Positions 10,616 to 20,304 of a stretch of 57,628 bases of DNA are shown in pieces (positions within the stretch are counted from its first letter, which is position 1; every line of letters begins with the position of its first letter). Below the pieces are notes generated by a model. The model was not told the DNA's origin and did no database searches. It saw only the letters and a program-made list of their open reading frames with translations. This DNA comes from an uncultured virus (IMG/VR IMGVR_UViG_3300028833_000090) (taxonomy: Duplodnaviria; Heunggongvirae; Uroviricota; Caudoviricetes): the IMG/VR virus record IMGVR_UViG_3300028833_000090; one strand, 5' to 3'. The translations under genes were made by a program, and so were the position numbers.

Positions 10616-11110
10616 ATGGCAAATAAAAAATACACAAATCACTATGATATAGTCGCCGATAAAATTTCTGGCGAATATACCAAGAGTGATATAAAGATGG
10701 GGGATTGGGTCCTTGCCTGTAGATACCTTCCAGGAATCTGCAGATCGATAGATCTTAAAAGGGACGATATAGAAATCGTCCAACCGGATCTATTAACTCT
10801 GGATAAAGAACCAACGCTCCCAGGAATGTCTTGTTCACTTCGTCATTGCGGAGTGCACAAGATAAACCCGGAATGGGCAATGATACTGTTCTCTGTAGGA
10901 GAAAAGTATCTCGATATTTTTTACTTTGAAGACCCTGAAACAATTCCTGAATTAAAAGGAAAGGGTTATGATAAGGTAGAAACATATGAGGGATCAATTC
11001 TTAAATATTATGTAGAAGAAATAGTCTCCAAACATGAATATTATGATGATCCTATTCTTAGGAAATATGATCCATCATATAAAGGTGCTATTAAACCTAT
11101 CACAAAATAA
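10616..11110 (+). CDS. Hypothetical protein
   Basis: 164-aa ORF directly after a leader element. Confidence 0.75.
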   Translation: MANKKYTNHYDIVADKISGEYTKSDIKMGDWVLACRYLPGICRSIDLKRDDIEIVQPDLLTLDKEPTLPGMSCSLRHCGVHKINPEWAMILFSVGEKYLDIFYFEDPETIPELKGKGYDKVETYEGSILKYYVEEIVSKHEYYDDPILRKYDPSYKGAIKPITK

Positions 11111-11112
11111 AA

Positions 11113-11505
11113 ATGAGAAGTTTAAAAAAGTACAATAGGAAAAATCCTTGGCTTGACGTAGGTCAAACCGAGTACACGGTATTCAGATCTTACGTAAAAT
11201 TTGCGGAAGATGATGCTGATGATTTTTATGGATATTCAGTAAATCCATTTTACTGTTATATTCTACCATTAACGAAATATAAGACTCCTTACTGGAATAC
11301 AACACATTTTTGTATTTCTAGTGTAGATGATTGGGGTATTCATGCCACATTCAATTACGCTATGACCAGAGAGGAAGCTACGAAACTTTGTAGAGAGTTC
11401 ATGAGAAGTTTCAAAAGAACCTCTAGAAGTTTTGGCGGTCTCACACAAGACCATTTCGAAAAATTTTTTAAGGAAAAAGGAGCTGATGAGATATCCAGAG
11501 GGTAG
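11113..11505 (+). CDS. Hypothetical protein
   Basis: 130-aa ORF coupled to the previous gene. Confidence 0.7.
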   Translation: MRSLKKYNRKNPWLDVGQTEYTVFRSYVKFAEDDADDFYGYSVNPFYCYILPLTKYKTPYWNTTHFCISSVDDWGIHATFNYAMTREEATKLCREFMRSFKRTSRSFGGLTQDHFEKFFKEKGADEISRG

Positions 11506-11529
11506 TCTCATCAGTCATTAAGATAAAAC

Positions 11530-11742
11530 CTCACGTAATCGGTTGAAAGTCCTATATGGATACCCCGGTTCAAATCCGATGAAAGCTTGCACGTAACCCC
11601 AGGCGTGTATTGTGAGTAGTTCCGAGTCCCTGAAAAAAGGAGGGCTGCGTCGTGTGAAAAGGACAGTCAGTGAGAAACTCTCATTGGTGCGGTGTGGCTA
11701 GAGATAGTTTGGTAAATTCGGGCTGATCTACGTGAGTTTTTT
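11530..11742 (+). ncRNA. Structured ncRNA candidate A (about 210 nt)
   Basis: ORF-free and GC-richer than flanks; closing stem CTCACGTA(ATCGGTT)/(GGCTGATC)TACGTGAG + T-run; T-arm-like CGG-TTCAAAT-CCG; internal hairpins. Confidence 0.6.
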
Positions 11743-11811
11743 AAGAAAAAAAAAAAATAAAGACATTTAATCTAAAATTAATTAGGTTATTTGTCTTTAT
11801 TTTTTTTTTAT

Positions 11812-12462
11812 TTAGTTGGCATTAATGAATTTAACAGGTTCACCCGTTTTTGCGTTAATGCCAACTTTTATAATAAAAGAATTATCTTCGTAATTATAAT
11901 CCTCGTAATTACAGAGGTAACTTTCTGGTTCCTCTGTGTCAAAGAAATAGTAACGAAGCATAGCGCTGCTTGTTTCAAATCTCTCCGTTACTCTATTTCT
12001 ATTTCTATTTACAATATAGAAATCATTCGTATTAAAGTTACATATGAGCTTTGGAGGTTCATTTTCTGACTCTTCCTCTGTATCTGTAATACATAGACTA
12101 TTCTCGTCTTTGAGAATATAAAATCCAATCCAGGTAAATGGATCAAAGTTAATATTCTTCAGAAGACTGAAGAATTCAGTTACCGAATTATCATTTACTT
12201 TGTAGTTCTCACTACAAAGATGATTGATAACCTCGGACAAGGAATGCTCCTTTAAGTATTCCTCTTTGGTTTGAGAATCGTATCCCTTCTCAATCCTTTT
12301 GTTAATACAATTCAAAATTTTCTGAAACGTATTAACAAAACTTTTATTGTTCCTATTATGAGGAAATTCAATGTAACAATAAAATTTCTTTGGATCTGCT
12401 TTCTGCAAATCAACCTTAAGACCATCCTCTACGGGCATTGGTCTTTTTAAAAGATTTTTCAT
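11812..12462 (-). CDS. Hypothetical protein, paralog family 1
   Basis: Aligns by eye with the N-terminus of 12557..14341 (VDLxKAD, NTFxxIL, KGYD, YLCxYxD, VGINAxTG). Confidence 0.8.
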   Translation of the reverse strand: MKNLLKRPMPVEDGLKVDLQKADPKKFYCYIEFPHNRNNKSFVNTFQKILNCINKRIEKGYDSQTKEEYLKEHSLSEVINHLCSENYKVNDNSVTEFFSLLKNINFDPFTWIGFYILKDENSLCITDTEEESENEPPKLICNFNTNDFYIVNRNRNRVTERFETSSAMLRYYFFDTEEPESYLCNYEDYNYEDNSFIIKVGINAKTGEPVKFINAN

Positions 12463-12477
12463 AATGAACGTATATTA

Positions 12478-12552
12478 GTTAATAATCGTGAAAAATAAAA
12501 AGAAGAAAATATAGACTCTTTACATCTATATTTTCTTCATAATTAAGGGTTT
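12478..12552 (-). promoter_or_regulatory. Leader element copy 2
   Basis: AAACCCTTAATTATGAAGAAAATATAGA..TCTATATTTTCTTC TTTTTATTTTTCACGATTATTAAC on the minus strand. Confidence 0.75.
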
Positions 12553-12556
12553 GAGA

Positions 12557-14341
12557 TTATTCCTTTAATCTTGATTCTTCAACGGACCAAGCTTCCTCGT
12601 CCATTGAGTAGAATGAGTTTAACGCTTTTGGCTTGAGACCAGAAGCATTCTTCTTTATCCAACACTTACCGCTATCAACAAGACTTCGTAAGATAAACGG
12701 CTTGGATGTATCTATTCTTGAGAATTTTACTGTCCTTCCATTTACGAGAAATGATACTCTCGTATCTGGATAACAATAAAAATCATCGTTAAACAGAGTA
12801 TAAGGCTCGTCATTTACGTCACCGGGTTTAAACACAACAGGTTTAATCCGGTTGAGTATAGCCTCCCTACGACGTTTTGCTTTTTCATAGCTGTCTGGAT
12901 CATTTGCAAAAGGATCAAGTTCACCTATGTAAGCCTTGCCCATTATCTGGGCATTAGCTGCTTTGCTGTCACCTACGAGAAGATCATAAACTGCCTCGTA
13001 TGTAACATATATGGAGTCCTTAGGGAACAGAGCCTGCCAATAGTTCACCAGTTCTTTGGTGCCACAGTCAGTACCTGTTCTTCTACGCCACTCCAAAGCT
13101 GATTCCTTAATAGCGAAAATAGGCCTATCAACATAAAGCTTTTTCGCCAAAATCAGCTTCATCTCAGTGGTGAGATAAGTAGACCTCAAATAACTATAAG
13201 GTTTATTCTCATCACAGAGATCGTTCAAATCGCTAACGGTAATTCTTTTTTTACCGCCAAGTAATTTGATGAGCTGTTTGGATTTTTCCGGTAAATTCTT
13301 AACAGCTCCCTTAACAATCTTATAATATTTTTCAAGATTGTTAATTTCCCTCTTTTCATCGACATACTCTACAAGGTAGTCGTGATTAAAAGAAGGTTTG
13401 TCAATCCACTCACCGGTGCTTTTATTAGTGGAAGCATTGATCTCGTGGTAGTATACCTGAACCCAATCAAGAGTTGAGTTATACCTAACTATAATGTACT
13501 TGAACTCATGATCAAGCTCGTTATCATTATATTCATTTGGTTTTGTAGTGGAATCTACTCGTATTACGAGTATTTTACCATTACAACACTCAATGTCATA
13601 AATATCTTTCGAAAAGTTGTCATATAACGAAATCCAATACGGTACTTGGTATTCTGACCTTTCACAATCAAAACTATCATTAGTTAAGACTATGTTTTGA
13701 AATTTTACCAAATCACCGGTATTGGCATTAATGCCGACCGTAACATTATACGTGCCGTCACTGTATTCATGATCACTATAATCACAAAGATAGTGATCAA
13801 TCTGATCTTTTTCAAAGAAGTAAGAATAGAATTCTTCCCTCTTCGATTTAAGTTCTTCGGGATCAACCTTACCACACGGTGTCTTCTGAAAATAAGAGAC
13901 AGTGTAATAAGTGTTTTCATCGAGATAGCAGATCAACCTTGGGAGGTCATCATTATCCTCGTCCATAGTTACATAAACGGCGTCAGAATCCTTGTAGATA
14001 CTGAAACCATTCCAGTAAAACGGTTCGAAATCCAAACTTTTCAGAATTCTGAAAAGTTCTTTTGTTGTGTTATTGAGCGGATTATATTCTTTATTAATAA
14101 ACTGCTCAATAGACTCATACAGGGCTGAATCTTTGAATGATTCCCATGTATTAGGAAGATCATATCCTTTTTTAACCCTGTTGATGAATACTTTCAAGAT
14201 TTCCTTGAAAGTATTAGCAAAGACCACATTGTTCGGGTCTTTGGGGATTTCTACGTTAATGTAGAAATCGGAAAAATCGGCCTTGTTAAGGTCGACGGTA
14301 ACCCCAAGCGGTGTGGGGCTGTGAAGCAAATAACGTGCCAT
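12557..14341 (-). CDS. Hypothetical protein, paralog family 1 (multi-domain)
   Basis: 594 aa; first ~215 aa homologous to 11812..12462. Confidence 0.8.
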   Translation of the reverse strand: MARYLLHSPTPLGVTVDLNKADFSDFYINVEIPKDPNNVVFANTFKEILKVFINRVKKGYDLPNTWESFKDSALYESIEQFINKEYNPLNNTTKELFRILKSLDFEPFYWNGFSIYKDSDAVYVTMDEDNDDLPRLICYLDENTYYTVSYFQKTPCGKVDPEELKSKREEFYSYFFEKDQIDHYLCDYSDHEYSDGTYNVTVGINANTGDLVKFQNIVLTNDSFDCERSEYQVPYWISLYDNFSKDIYDIECCNGKILVIRVDSTTKPNEYNDNELDHEFKYIIVRYNSTLDWVQVYYHEINASTNKSTGEWIDKPSFNHDYLVEYVDEKREINNLEKYYKIVKGAVKNLPEKSKQLIKLLGGKKRITVSDLNDLCDENKPYSYLRSTYLTTEMKLILAKKLYVDRPIFAIKESALEWRRRTGTDCGTKELVNYWQALFPKDSIYVTYEAVYDLLVGDSKAANAQIMGKAYIGELDPFANDPDSYEKAKRRREAILNRIKPVVFKPGDVNDEPYTLFNDDFYCYPDTRVSFLVNGRTVKFSRIDTSKPFILRSLVDSGKCWIKKNASGLKPKALNSFYSMDEEAWSVEESRLKE

Positions 14342-14359
14342 AATATTTGTAGTTTTTTT

Positions 14360-15529
14360 TTATTTTAGTTTGGACTCGTCAATGGCGAGTTTTATTATTG
14401 TTAGAATGTTATTGGAGGGATTCTCCATCATCATCCTCTTTAAATTTTCTAATTTTATTTTCTCCTTTACTTCAGGTGATAATTCACACCGTCTGGAAAG
14501 GAGATGAATGAAAACGCAACTGTGACCGAGAAGATCTGACACAGCAGAATCTATTTCATAAGAGAATACCTTTTTCTCCTGGGAAACATCCCAAGAATCA
14601 TAAGTATTACCCTCGCTAATTCTCGGCGGGTTGGTTTTATAAAGCATTATAATCAAGCGCCAGAAGTTAATCAGAGGTAAATCTGATTTACCTTCAGGCA
14701 TTTCAATATTAAATGCTGGGGATTCAAAAAAGTCTTCATAAAGTTTTTCAACAACTTCATAAAGGCAGGAATTAAATCCCTGTTTTCTTTTTCGAAAAAG
14801 AAAACCATTTTCATCGTAGTGAAGTGGATCACCCCACTCGTGATAATCTTTCTCGGCGTTATAATAATATGTAATAACGCAGTCATCACTCATCCAAATG
14901 ATGAACGAATGATTGTTGTAGTAATATCCATACTCTCCCTCTTTTGGCCTATTAAAATAGGCTATAGGGAATGTGGGATTACCACATTTTGGTAAGTGTT
15001 CTGCTGAAACACTTACACAAGTATTATCTTCCTGGCAATAAAGCCATTTAAGATAACAATACCGATCGTCATTTTCGTATATGTTGTATTCACCATCTTG
15101 GTAAATAGGACGGTAATGTTTGTTTTTGACTATCTCTTTGATTTCATCTTTATCAAAGAAAACATCGAGAAAGTCTTCCCTAATAAAGAGATTATCCTTT
15201 CCTTTACCAATTATTGCAAAGCAATAATCCTTTTTAGTCGGGTTAAGGATACTCTCATAATCAGTCCTCAAGAAAAAAGCACCCTCAAAAGGTACTGTTT
15301 CTTGTCCTGACAGGCTATGTCTGGTCTTAACGGAAAATCCGTTCCAATAATAGCCTATACCAATGCCCATGTGTTGTTTTTTGGCATTGATAAGATCATA
15401 AATAGGGTGATTTTCACTATCACTGTTATTTATGATCTGAATAAAATCCGGAAAATCATTCTCAGATTTTATTCCTCTTACTACGGAAGACGAAAATACT
15501 CCGTCTTCCGTAAAAGTAAATTTTTCCAT
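14360..15529 (-). CDS. Hypothetical protein, distant member of paralog family 1
   Basis: YWNGFSV, FFDKDEI and YQDGEYNI match YWNGFSI, FFEKDQI and YSDGTYNV of 12557..14341. Confidence 0.75.
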   Translation of the reverse strand: MEKFTFTEDGVFSSSVVRGIKSENDFPDFIQIINNSDSENHPIYDLINAKKQHMGIGIGYYWNGFSVKTRHSLSGQETVPFEGAFFLRTDYESILNPTKKDYCFAIIGKGKDNLFIREDFLDVFFDKDEIKEIVKNKHYRPIYQDGEYNIYENDDRYCYLKWLYCQEDNTCVSVSAEHLPKCGNPTFPIAYFNRPKEGEYGYYYNNHSFIIWMSDDCVITYYYNAEKDYHEWGDPLHYDENGFLFRKRKQGFNSCLYEVVEKLYEDFFESPAFNIEMPEGKSDLPLINFWRLIIMLYKTNPPRISEGNTYDSWDVSQEKKVFSYEIDSAVSDLLGHSCVFIHLLSRRCELSPEVKEKIKLENLKRMMMENPSNNILTIIKLAIDESKLK

Positions 15530-15546
15530 AATGTTGTAGTTTTTAT

Positions 15547-15617
15547 GTTAATAATCATGAAAAATAAATGAAAGAGGTATAGACAAGCATCTATACCTCT
15601 TTCATAAATAAGGGTTT
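15547..15617 (-). promoter_or_regulatory. Leader element copy 3
   Basis: AAACCCTTATTTATGAAAGAGGTATAGA..TCTATACCTCTTTCAT TTATTTTTCATGATTATTAAC. Confidence 0.75.
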
Positions 15618-15632
15618 AAAGGAATGAGAAAA

Positions 15633-17171
15633 TTAGTTGTTTTTCTCCGTTCCTTCTTTATCCTTCCAGTTGATGGAAGGATAAAATCTTTCAATTTCTT
15701 TTACGGTATTACCAAAGATCACTTCTTCGATTTCAAGTGTATCTTTGTATGCCATTGGTGACTCATCAATGGTCTTCTTTGTTACTGATGTAGTCACAAT
15801 GCCCTCCATTTCTTTCTCGAAGGAAGACATGGAGAACTTAAGAATTTCATTAATTTCATCGTCTGTGAGATTACCAAAATCCTTTTCATACTTAGCCAGT
15901 ATTGTTAAGTTCTCATCGGAGAAGTCCAAATCGGATTCATACTCCTCTTTTAATTTGAGGTATTCTTGGAGTTGTTCCGCTAACTCCAACCTTCTGTCGG
16001 CTTCCTTTCTGGACATGACACGTCCGGCACCATGTGGTGCCGATTCACCCCATTCAGGATTACCGAGACCTTCGGCTATTACAACACCATCTCTCATCGA
16101 GAATGGGATAATAACTGTTTCGCCTTTCCTTGCCCTGATAGAAGATTTTCTCAATGTTCTATCTTCAAGATCAACGAAATTATGTGTAGTAAATATAGTA
16201 TCTACAACACGGACACTATACTTACTTAAAATATCTGTAATTATTCTTTGAACAGTCATGTGATTGTACCTTGCATAAAGTTGCGCAAAGCACATATCCT
16301 GGAGATAACCTTTCATATTATCTCCCTTCAAATAACCGTTCATGAATCCTTCTTCAAGCTTCTCGAACTCCGTCGTGAGATACTTGGTGGATTCTTCTTT
16401 AAAGAACTTCATGTCCTTTCCTTCGGCCTTGTATTTAGCCTTGAAAGCTTCCATGAGTTCCTTTTCTTTCTCTTTCCTTTCTTTCTTAGAAAGAGGATTG
16501 TTTGAAATGTTCTTCCAGTAAGTAGCTACAGCAAGACCAAATCTTCTTGATCCAAAGTGAAGGAAGAAAGCAGCTTTCTTCTTATCCTTTGTCAAATCAT
16601 ACTCCAGGAAGTGGTTTCCGCCACCTACTGTTCCGAGTGATTTCCAAAAGACACCTGGATCAAAGTTATTAATACGTTTAAGAAACGCATTAATCCAGTC
16701 TTCTGATACACGTACAGGAAGATCACCTAACATTTCAGGCCAAAGTTGCCTGTATTTGTTAAATTCTTTTGTTATGAATTTTGTAAATTCATCAGTTTTC
16801 ACCTTTGAGTTTTCGTGAAGGTGAAATCCCATTGGCACCTGTTGAGATACCTTGTGCTCAAACTCGATAAGCTTGTCTTCAGAGACAGGTTTGTCGAGCA
16901 TCATTCCTGATACTGTACAACCTACATCAACCCCAACATGGAGAGGGTTGATGTAGTCGCCTATAGTTGCAGATAGGCCACAAGGACCAGCCTTGCCTAC
17001 GTGGGCATCTGGCATAAGATAAACCGATTGGCCCTCAAAGGCTTTCGAGTTTATGATGTCGTCAACCTGTTCCAGTACACCAGGATCATAGGTCCTTACA
17101 TACGCTTTACACGTAGCGTATTTTCCCTTTTTTACGAGAGGGAGGGTACCCTCATAATACAAATTAGCCAT
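15633..17171 (-). CDS. rtcB: RNA ligase RtcB (3'-phosphate/5'-OH)
   Basis: MPDAHVG, VGVDVGC, GTVGGGNHFLE, HFGSR, HNF, PHGAGR, DESPMAYK. Confidence 0.95.
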   Translation of the reverse strand: MANLYYEGTLPLVKKGKYATCKAYVRTYDPGVLEQVDDIINSKAFEGQSVYLMPDAHVGKAGPCGLSATIGDYINPLHVGVDVGCTVSGMMLDKPVSEDKLIEFEHKVSQQVPMGFHLHENSKVKTDEFTKFITKEFNKYRQLWPEMLGDLPVRVSEDWINAFLKRINNFDPGVFWKSLGTVGGGNHFLEYDLTKDKKKAAFFLHFGSRRFGLAVATYWKNISNNPLSKKERKEKEKELMEAFKAKYKAEGKDMKFFKEESTKYLTTEFEKLEEGFMNGYLKGDNMKGYLQDMCFAQLYARYNHMTVQRIITDILSKYSVRVVDTIFTTHNFVDLEDRTLRKSSIRARKGETVIIPFSMRDGVVIAEGLGNPEWGESAPHGAGRVMSRKEADRRLELAEQLQEYLKLKEEYESDLDFSDENLTILAKYEKDFGNLTDDEINEILKFSMSSFEKEMEGIVTTSVTKKTIDESPMAYKDTLEIEEVIFGNTVKEIERFYPSINWKDKEGTEKNN

Positions 17172-17188
17172 AATAATATTTATTTAAA

Positions 17189-17358
17189 TTAATATCTAGA
17201 AAAATAAAAAGAGAGTATAAAGCGGGATGCTTTATACTCTCGAGAAACAGAAAACAAAAATCAACCCAATAAATTATGTCTTGAGTAATAATGGTTTAGA
17301 AAAATAAAAGATAATATAAACTTTTTATCGTTCATATTATCTTCATGTATTAGGTTTT
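17189..17358 (-). promoter_or_regulatory. Tandem leader elements (copies 4b and 4a) upstream of rtcB
   Basis: Promoter + hairpin + U-tract (17285-17358), a U-rich spacer, then second hairpin GAGAGTATAAAGC/GCTTTATACTCTC + TTTTTATTTTTCTAGATATTAA (17189-17241). Confidence 0.7.
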
Positions 17359-17637
17359 AATTGTTTTTCTTCCGTAAATTTTCTTGAATCTTTTTCCACA
17401 ACTCTGGGCTACATCCGGTATTCAAATTTGGACTTTCTTACTGTTAGCTGTATATTTTTTTTTCTTAGTAAGTTCTTCTGTAGGTATTCCTGATTTTAAC
17501 CAAGTATTCATAACTTAACTTTTATTACCAGACTTCCATTTTGATGTAAGTAATTAGAATAATCTAAGGAAAGAAAAAAAGAAGAAACACATATATCTAA
17601 TTTTTTGTATTTTAGATATATGTGTTTTATATTCTAA

Positions 17638-18597
17638 CTACTCATCCTCTTCTTCATCATCCTCAAAACGAGGATCTACATCAAGAGGATTGAAGTAGTA
17701 TTGGTTACAGTAAGTGCAATAAATGCTCTGACCGTTTTTCATAAGGTAAGTCTGGCTACCACACCGTGGACACTTACACTTATCATCTGTAGTAAGAGTA
17801 GTTAAATCCTCTGGCATAGGAGCCAAAGGTTCATCATACTCTTCCTCGCCAAATCGGTTATTGGGGTCAAAAGCCTGGAACCGACTAATTACGATAGCAT
17901 CTTTACAATCCTCCTTTTTCCTTTCAACGAGGTTTCGAAGTTCCTCATCTTCAGGAAGAAGATCCATAGGAATTGTTATAAATGCTTCCTTAATATTTTG
18001 ATATGCACCCATACCAATCGTAAATGACTTCATAAAGCCAGATTCACGATCGAGGTAAGTTACATTCAAATTTTTCCTTGGCAAATCATTAGAAGGTACT
18101 TGCTTTGAAATAGTTGCAATAAGGATCAACTTATCCAAATCATCCACTTCGTGGATTCCACCATCCCAACTCTTTACCTTTGCCTTAGTAAATACCTTAA
18201 TAGGTACGTCTGCTCCAGTAAGATAAAGAGCTCCTGAGTGAATTTCGTTCCTTTCTTCCTCTTCTTCCGTATCAGGATGGAAAATATGAGAAAGATAGGT
18301 TACATTATGGAACTTATCTCCGTAGACTTGTTTAATCTCTTCGATTAACTCCTCTATTTCTTTAAGTTCATCGGGATTAGTTTTAGCATAACCTAAAACC
18401 AAAGCATCACCGTCCTTAAAAGCTTCCGGAAGCTCGTCTTTGAGAGTGATGTTTTTCTTCTTAAACTCATCAACTTTGTCTAAGATCGCAGCGACTTGCT
18501 CGTCGTATTCAAGACTCTGGTTGTATTTAGAGTCTTCTTCACAAATGAGGTCAATGTACTTAACCCCATCTCGAGTGTTTACTTCTGTTCTATACAT
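17638..18597 (-). CDS. Hypothetical protein with C-terminal zinc ribbon
   Basis: CPRC...CTYC, acidic tail. Confidence 0.75.
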   Translation of the reverse strand: MYRTEVNTRDGVKYIDLICEEDSKYNQSLEYDEQVAAILDKVDEFKKKNITLKDELPEAFKDGDALVLGYAKTNPDELKEIEELIEEIKQVYGDKFHNVTYLSHIFHPDTEEEEERNEIHSGALYLTGADVPIKVFTKAKVKSWDGGIHEVDDLDKLILIATISKQVPSNDLPRKNLNVTYLDRESGFMKSFTIGMGAYQNIKEAFITIPMDLLPEDEELRNLVERKKEDCKDAIVISRFQAFDPNNRFGEEEYDEPLAPMPEDLTTLTTDDKCKCPRCGSQTYLMKNGQSIYCTYCNQYYFNPLDVDPRFEDDEEEDE

Positions 18598-18614
18598 GAT
18601 TAGTTTTTTATTAA

Positions 18615-18680
18615 TTAATATCTAGAAAAATAAAAGAAGAAGATATAAACTAGTTTATATCTTCTTCTTCATTAAGGGTT
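18615..18680 (-). promoter_or_regulatory. Leader element copy 5
   Basis: AACCCTTAATGAAGAAGAAGATATAAAC-TA-GTTTATATCTTCTTCTTTTATTTTTCTAGATATTAA. Confidence 0.7.
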
Positions 18681-18690
18681 ACAGTGATTG

Positions 18691-19329
18691 TTACATGTAC
18701 TCAGCCTCAGTGCGATATCTTCTACTTAGATGGTAGTTTGATGCAAGGATCTCTTCAAATGAAGGTTCCCTGTACTCAATGTACACTGAATTAGGACCGT
18801 ATAGCTCCCTCCACTTCATAACTCTGAGCTGTTGTTCACTTTCCAACCACTCAGGTGTGATGTCTTCCGGGGATTCCAGTATTTCACGAAGGAGTTCTGG
18901 GTCATTATCAGACTCATGTTTAGTCTTCTTTGCAGGTTCTGGATTCTCACTTGCAGGTTCTGGCTCAACCTCCTGTGAACGTTGCTGAACCTTAATTTCC
19001 TGTTCAAGTCGTTTCTGATAAGAGGCCTCAGTTGAATCAACGGTTACCTCATTAGCAATCTGTGGTGCACTCTTATCTCCTCTAAGAAGGAGGTAGACTA
19101 GAAGACCACTTAGAGCCACTATCAAGAAGATAAGAACCCAAAGTCCTTTCATCTTCTTTGTCTTTCTATGTCCTTCTCCTGTAGCTCCACTACTTACTGG
19201 GCCATAGGTATTAGAGTAGCTTTCCTCCTTTTTGACAGATTTGTCACTTACTCTGTGGCTACCTGTGCCATTGTAATCAATTACCGCCTTCTTGTTGGCG
19301 GCATTTTCTCTTGATCTTGCTCCTGCCAT
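18691..19329 (-). CDS. Single-pass membrane protein
   Basis: Hydrophobic helix LWVLIFLIVALSGLLVYLLL after a basic stretch. Confidence 0.7.
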   Translation of the reverse strand: MAGARSRENAANKKAVIDYNGTGSHRVSDKSVKKEESYSNTYGPVSSGATGEGHRKTKKMKGLWVLIFLIVALSGLLVYLLLRGDKSAPQIANEVTVDSTEASYQKRLEQEIKVQQRSQEVEPEPASENPEPAKKTKHESDNDPELLREILESPEDITPEWLESEQQLRVMKWRELYGPNSVYIEYREPSFEEILASNYHLSRRYRTEAEYM

Positions 19330-19365
19330 TTTTCTTTGTTTTTAATTAGTTATTATGTTTATTAT

Positions 19366-20214
19366 TTATTCAGCAACGACAACGCCGGAATCACTTCCAA
19401 TGAAGTCATCACCAATTGGTTTATCTTCTATCGTAAAACCAGCTCTTATACCCAAATCTTTCAAATCAGATTCAGATATACCGAGGAGATTCATAATAAA
19501 TGAATTTAGAGTTTTCTTATCTAGCTCAATATGATCACGATTATGAATACCACTTTCAAACTTAATAATAAGGGTTATTTCATATTTCCCCTCTTTTCGA
19601 GATACATTATTACCACGGAGCAATACACCGATCTCATCTTTCGGATCTAAGATTAGACCATTGTTATCACTATTAACGTTAATATCGTACCTCAAAATAC
19701 TTGCCTGTAAAATTTTCTCTCTTACACAAGTATTTAACAGTGTATTAAAGTATCTTGGAATAACATACTTTAACATAGCCTCCACTTCTCTTTCATCATC
19801 AACCCATTTATCTGTTTCAATAAAATTTGGAGTTGACTCAGAATAGTTGTAGCGTAAAGCTTTAACTTTAATACCTTCCGTCATCATTTTAATAACGTCC
19901 GGATCATTCATAAATGTATTAGTGAAATAAATTGGATTACTCAACAAATACATAAGAAAATCTATATTTGAAGAATTAGCTAACTCAACATAAGAAGTAA
20001 TTTGAGGGTAGATTCTTCTATAATCTTCCTCATTTTCTCCTTTTGATGTAGATTTAAATGAGTAAGATTCAACAAATATCGATTGGTAATTATCGGAGTT
20101 GACTTTACTCAAAACCGATTTCATAATAGACTCAGAAACATTTTCTAATTCTATTTCCACGGATCTTGTAATCCGTAATGTAGGAATTGTTCCTTCTTCC
20201 ATTTTTTTTTTCAT
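19366..20214 (-). CDS. Hypothetical protein
   Basis: 282-aa ORF after a leader element. Confidence 0.75.
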   Translation of the reverse strand: MKKKMEEGTIPTLRITRSVEIELENVSESIMKSVLSKVNSDNYQSIFVESYSFKSTSKGENEEDYRRIYPQITSYVELANSSNIDFLMYLLSNPIYFTNTFMNDPDVIKMMTEGIKVKALRYNYSESTPNFIETDKWVDDEREVEAMLKYVIPRYFNTLLNTCVREKILQASILRYDINVNSDNNGLILDPKDEIGVLLRGNNVSRKEGKYEITLIIKFESGIHNRDHIELDKKTLNSFIMNLLGISESDLKDLGIRAGFTIEDKPIGDDFIGSDSGVVVAE

Positions 20215-20219
20215 ATTTA

Positions 20220-20300
20220 GTTAATATCGTGAAAAATAAAAAGAGAAAGTGAGTGTATGAATATAGAAACTTACACTCACTTTCTCAGTGATTAGATTTT
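20220..20300 (-). promoter_or_regulatory. Leader element copy 6
   Basis: AAAATCTAATCACTGAGAAAGTGAGTGTA..TACACTCACTTTCTC TTTTTATTTTTCACGATATTAAC. Confidence 0.7.
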
Positions 20301-20304
20301 GAGA

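Noticed and set aside
11530..11742. Firm call as RNase P RNA
   Set aside because: Only loose word matches; no room for P3, weak P2/P4 pairing and no P5 partner next to GAAAGTCC. Kept as an unassigned ncRNA.
17357..17511. Small minus-strand ORF (MNTWLKSGIPTEELTKKKK...)
   Set aside because: Only 29 codons, with stops in alternative frames; at best a decayed gene.
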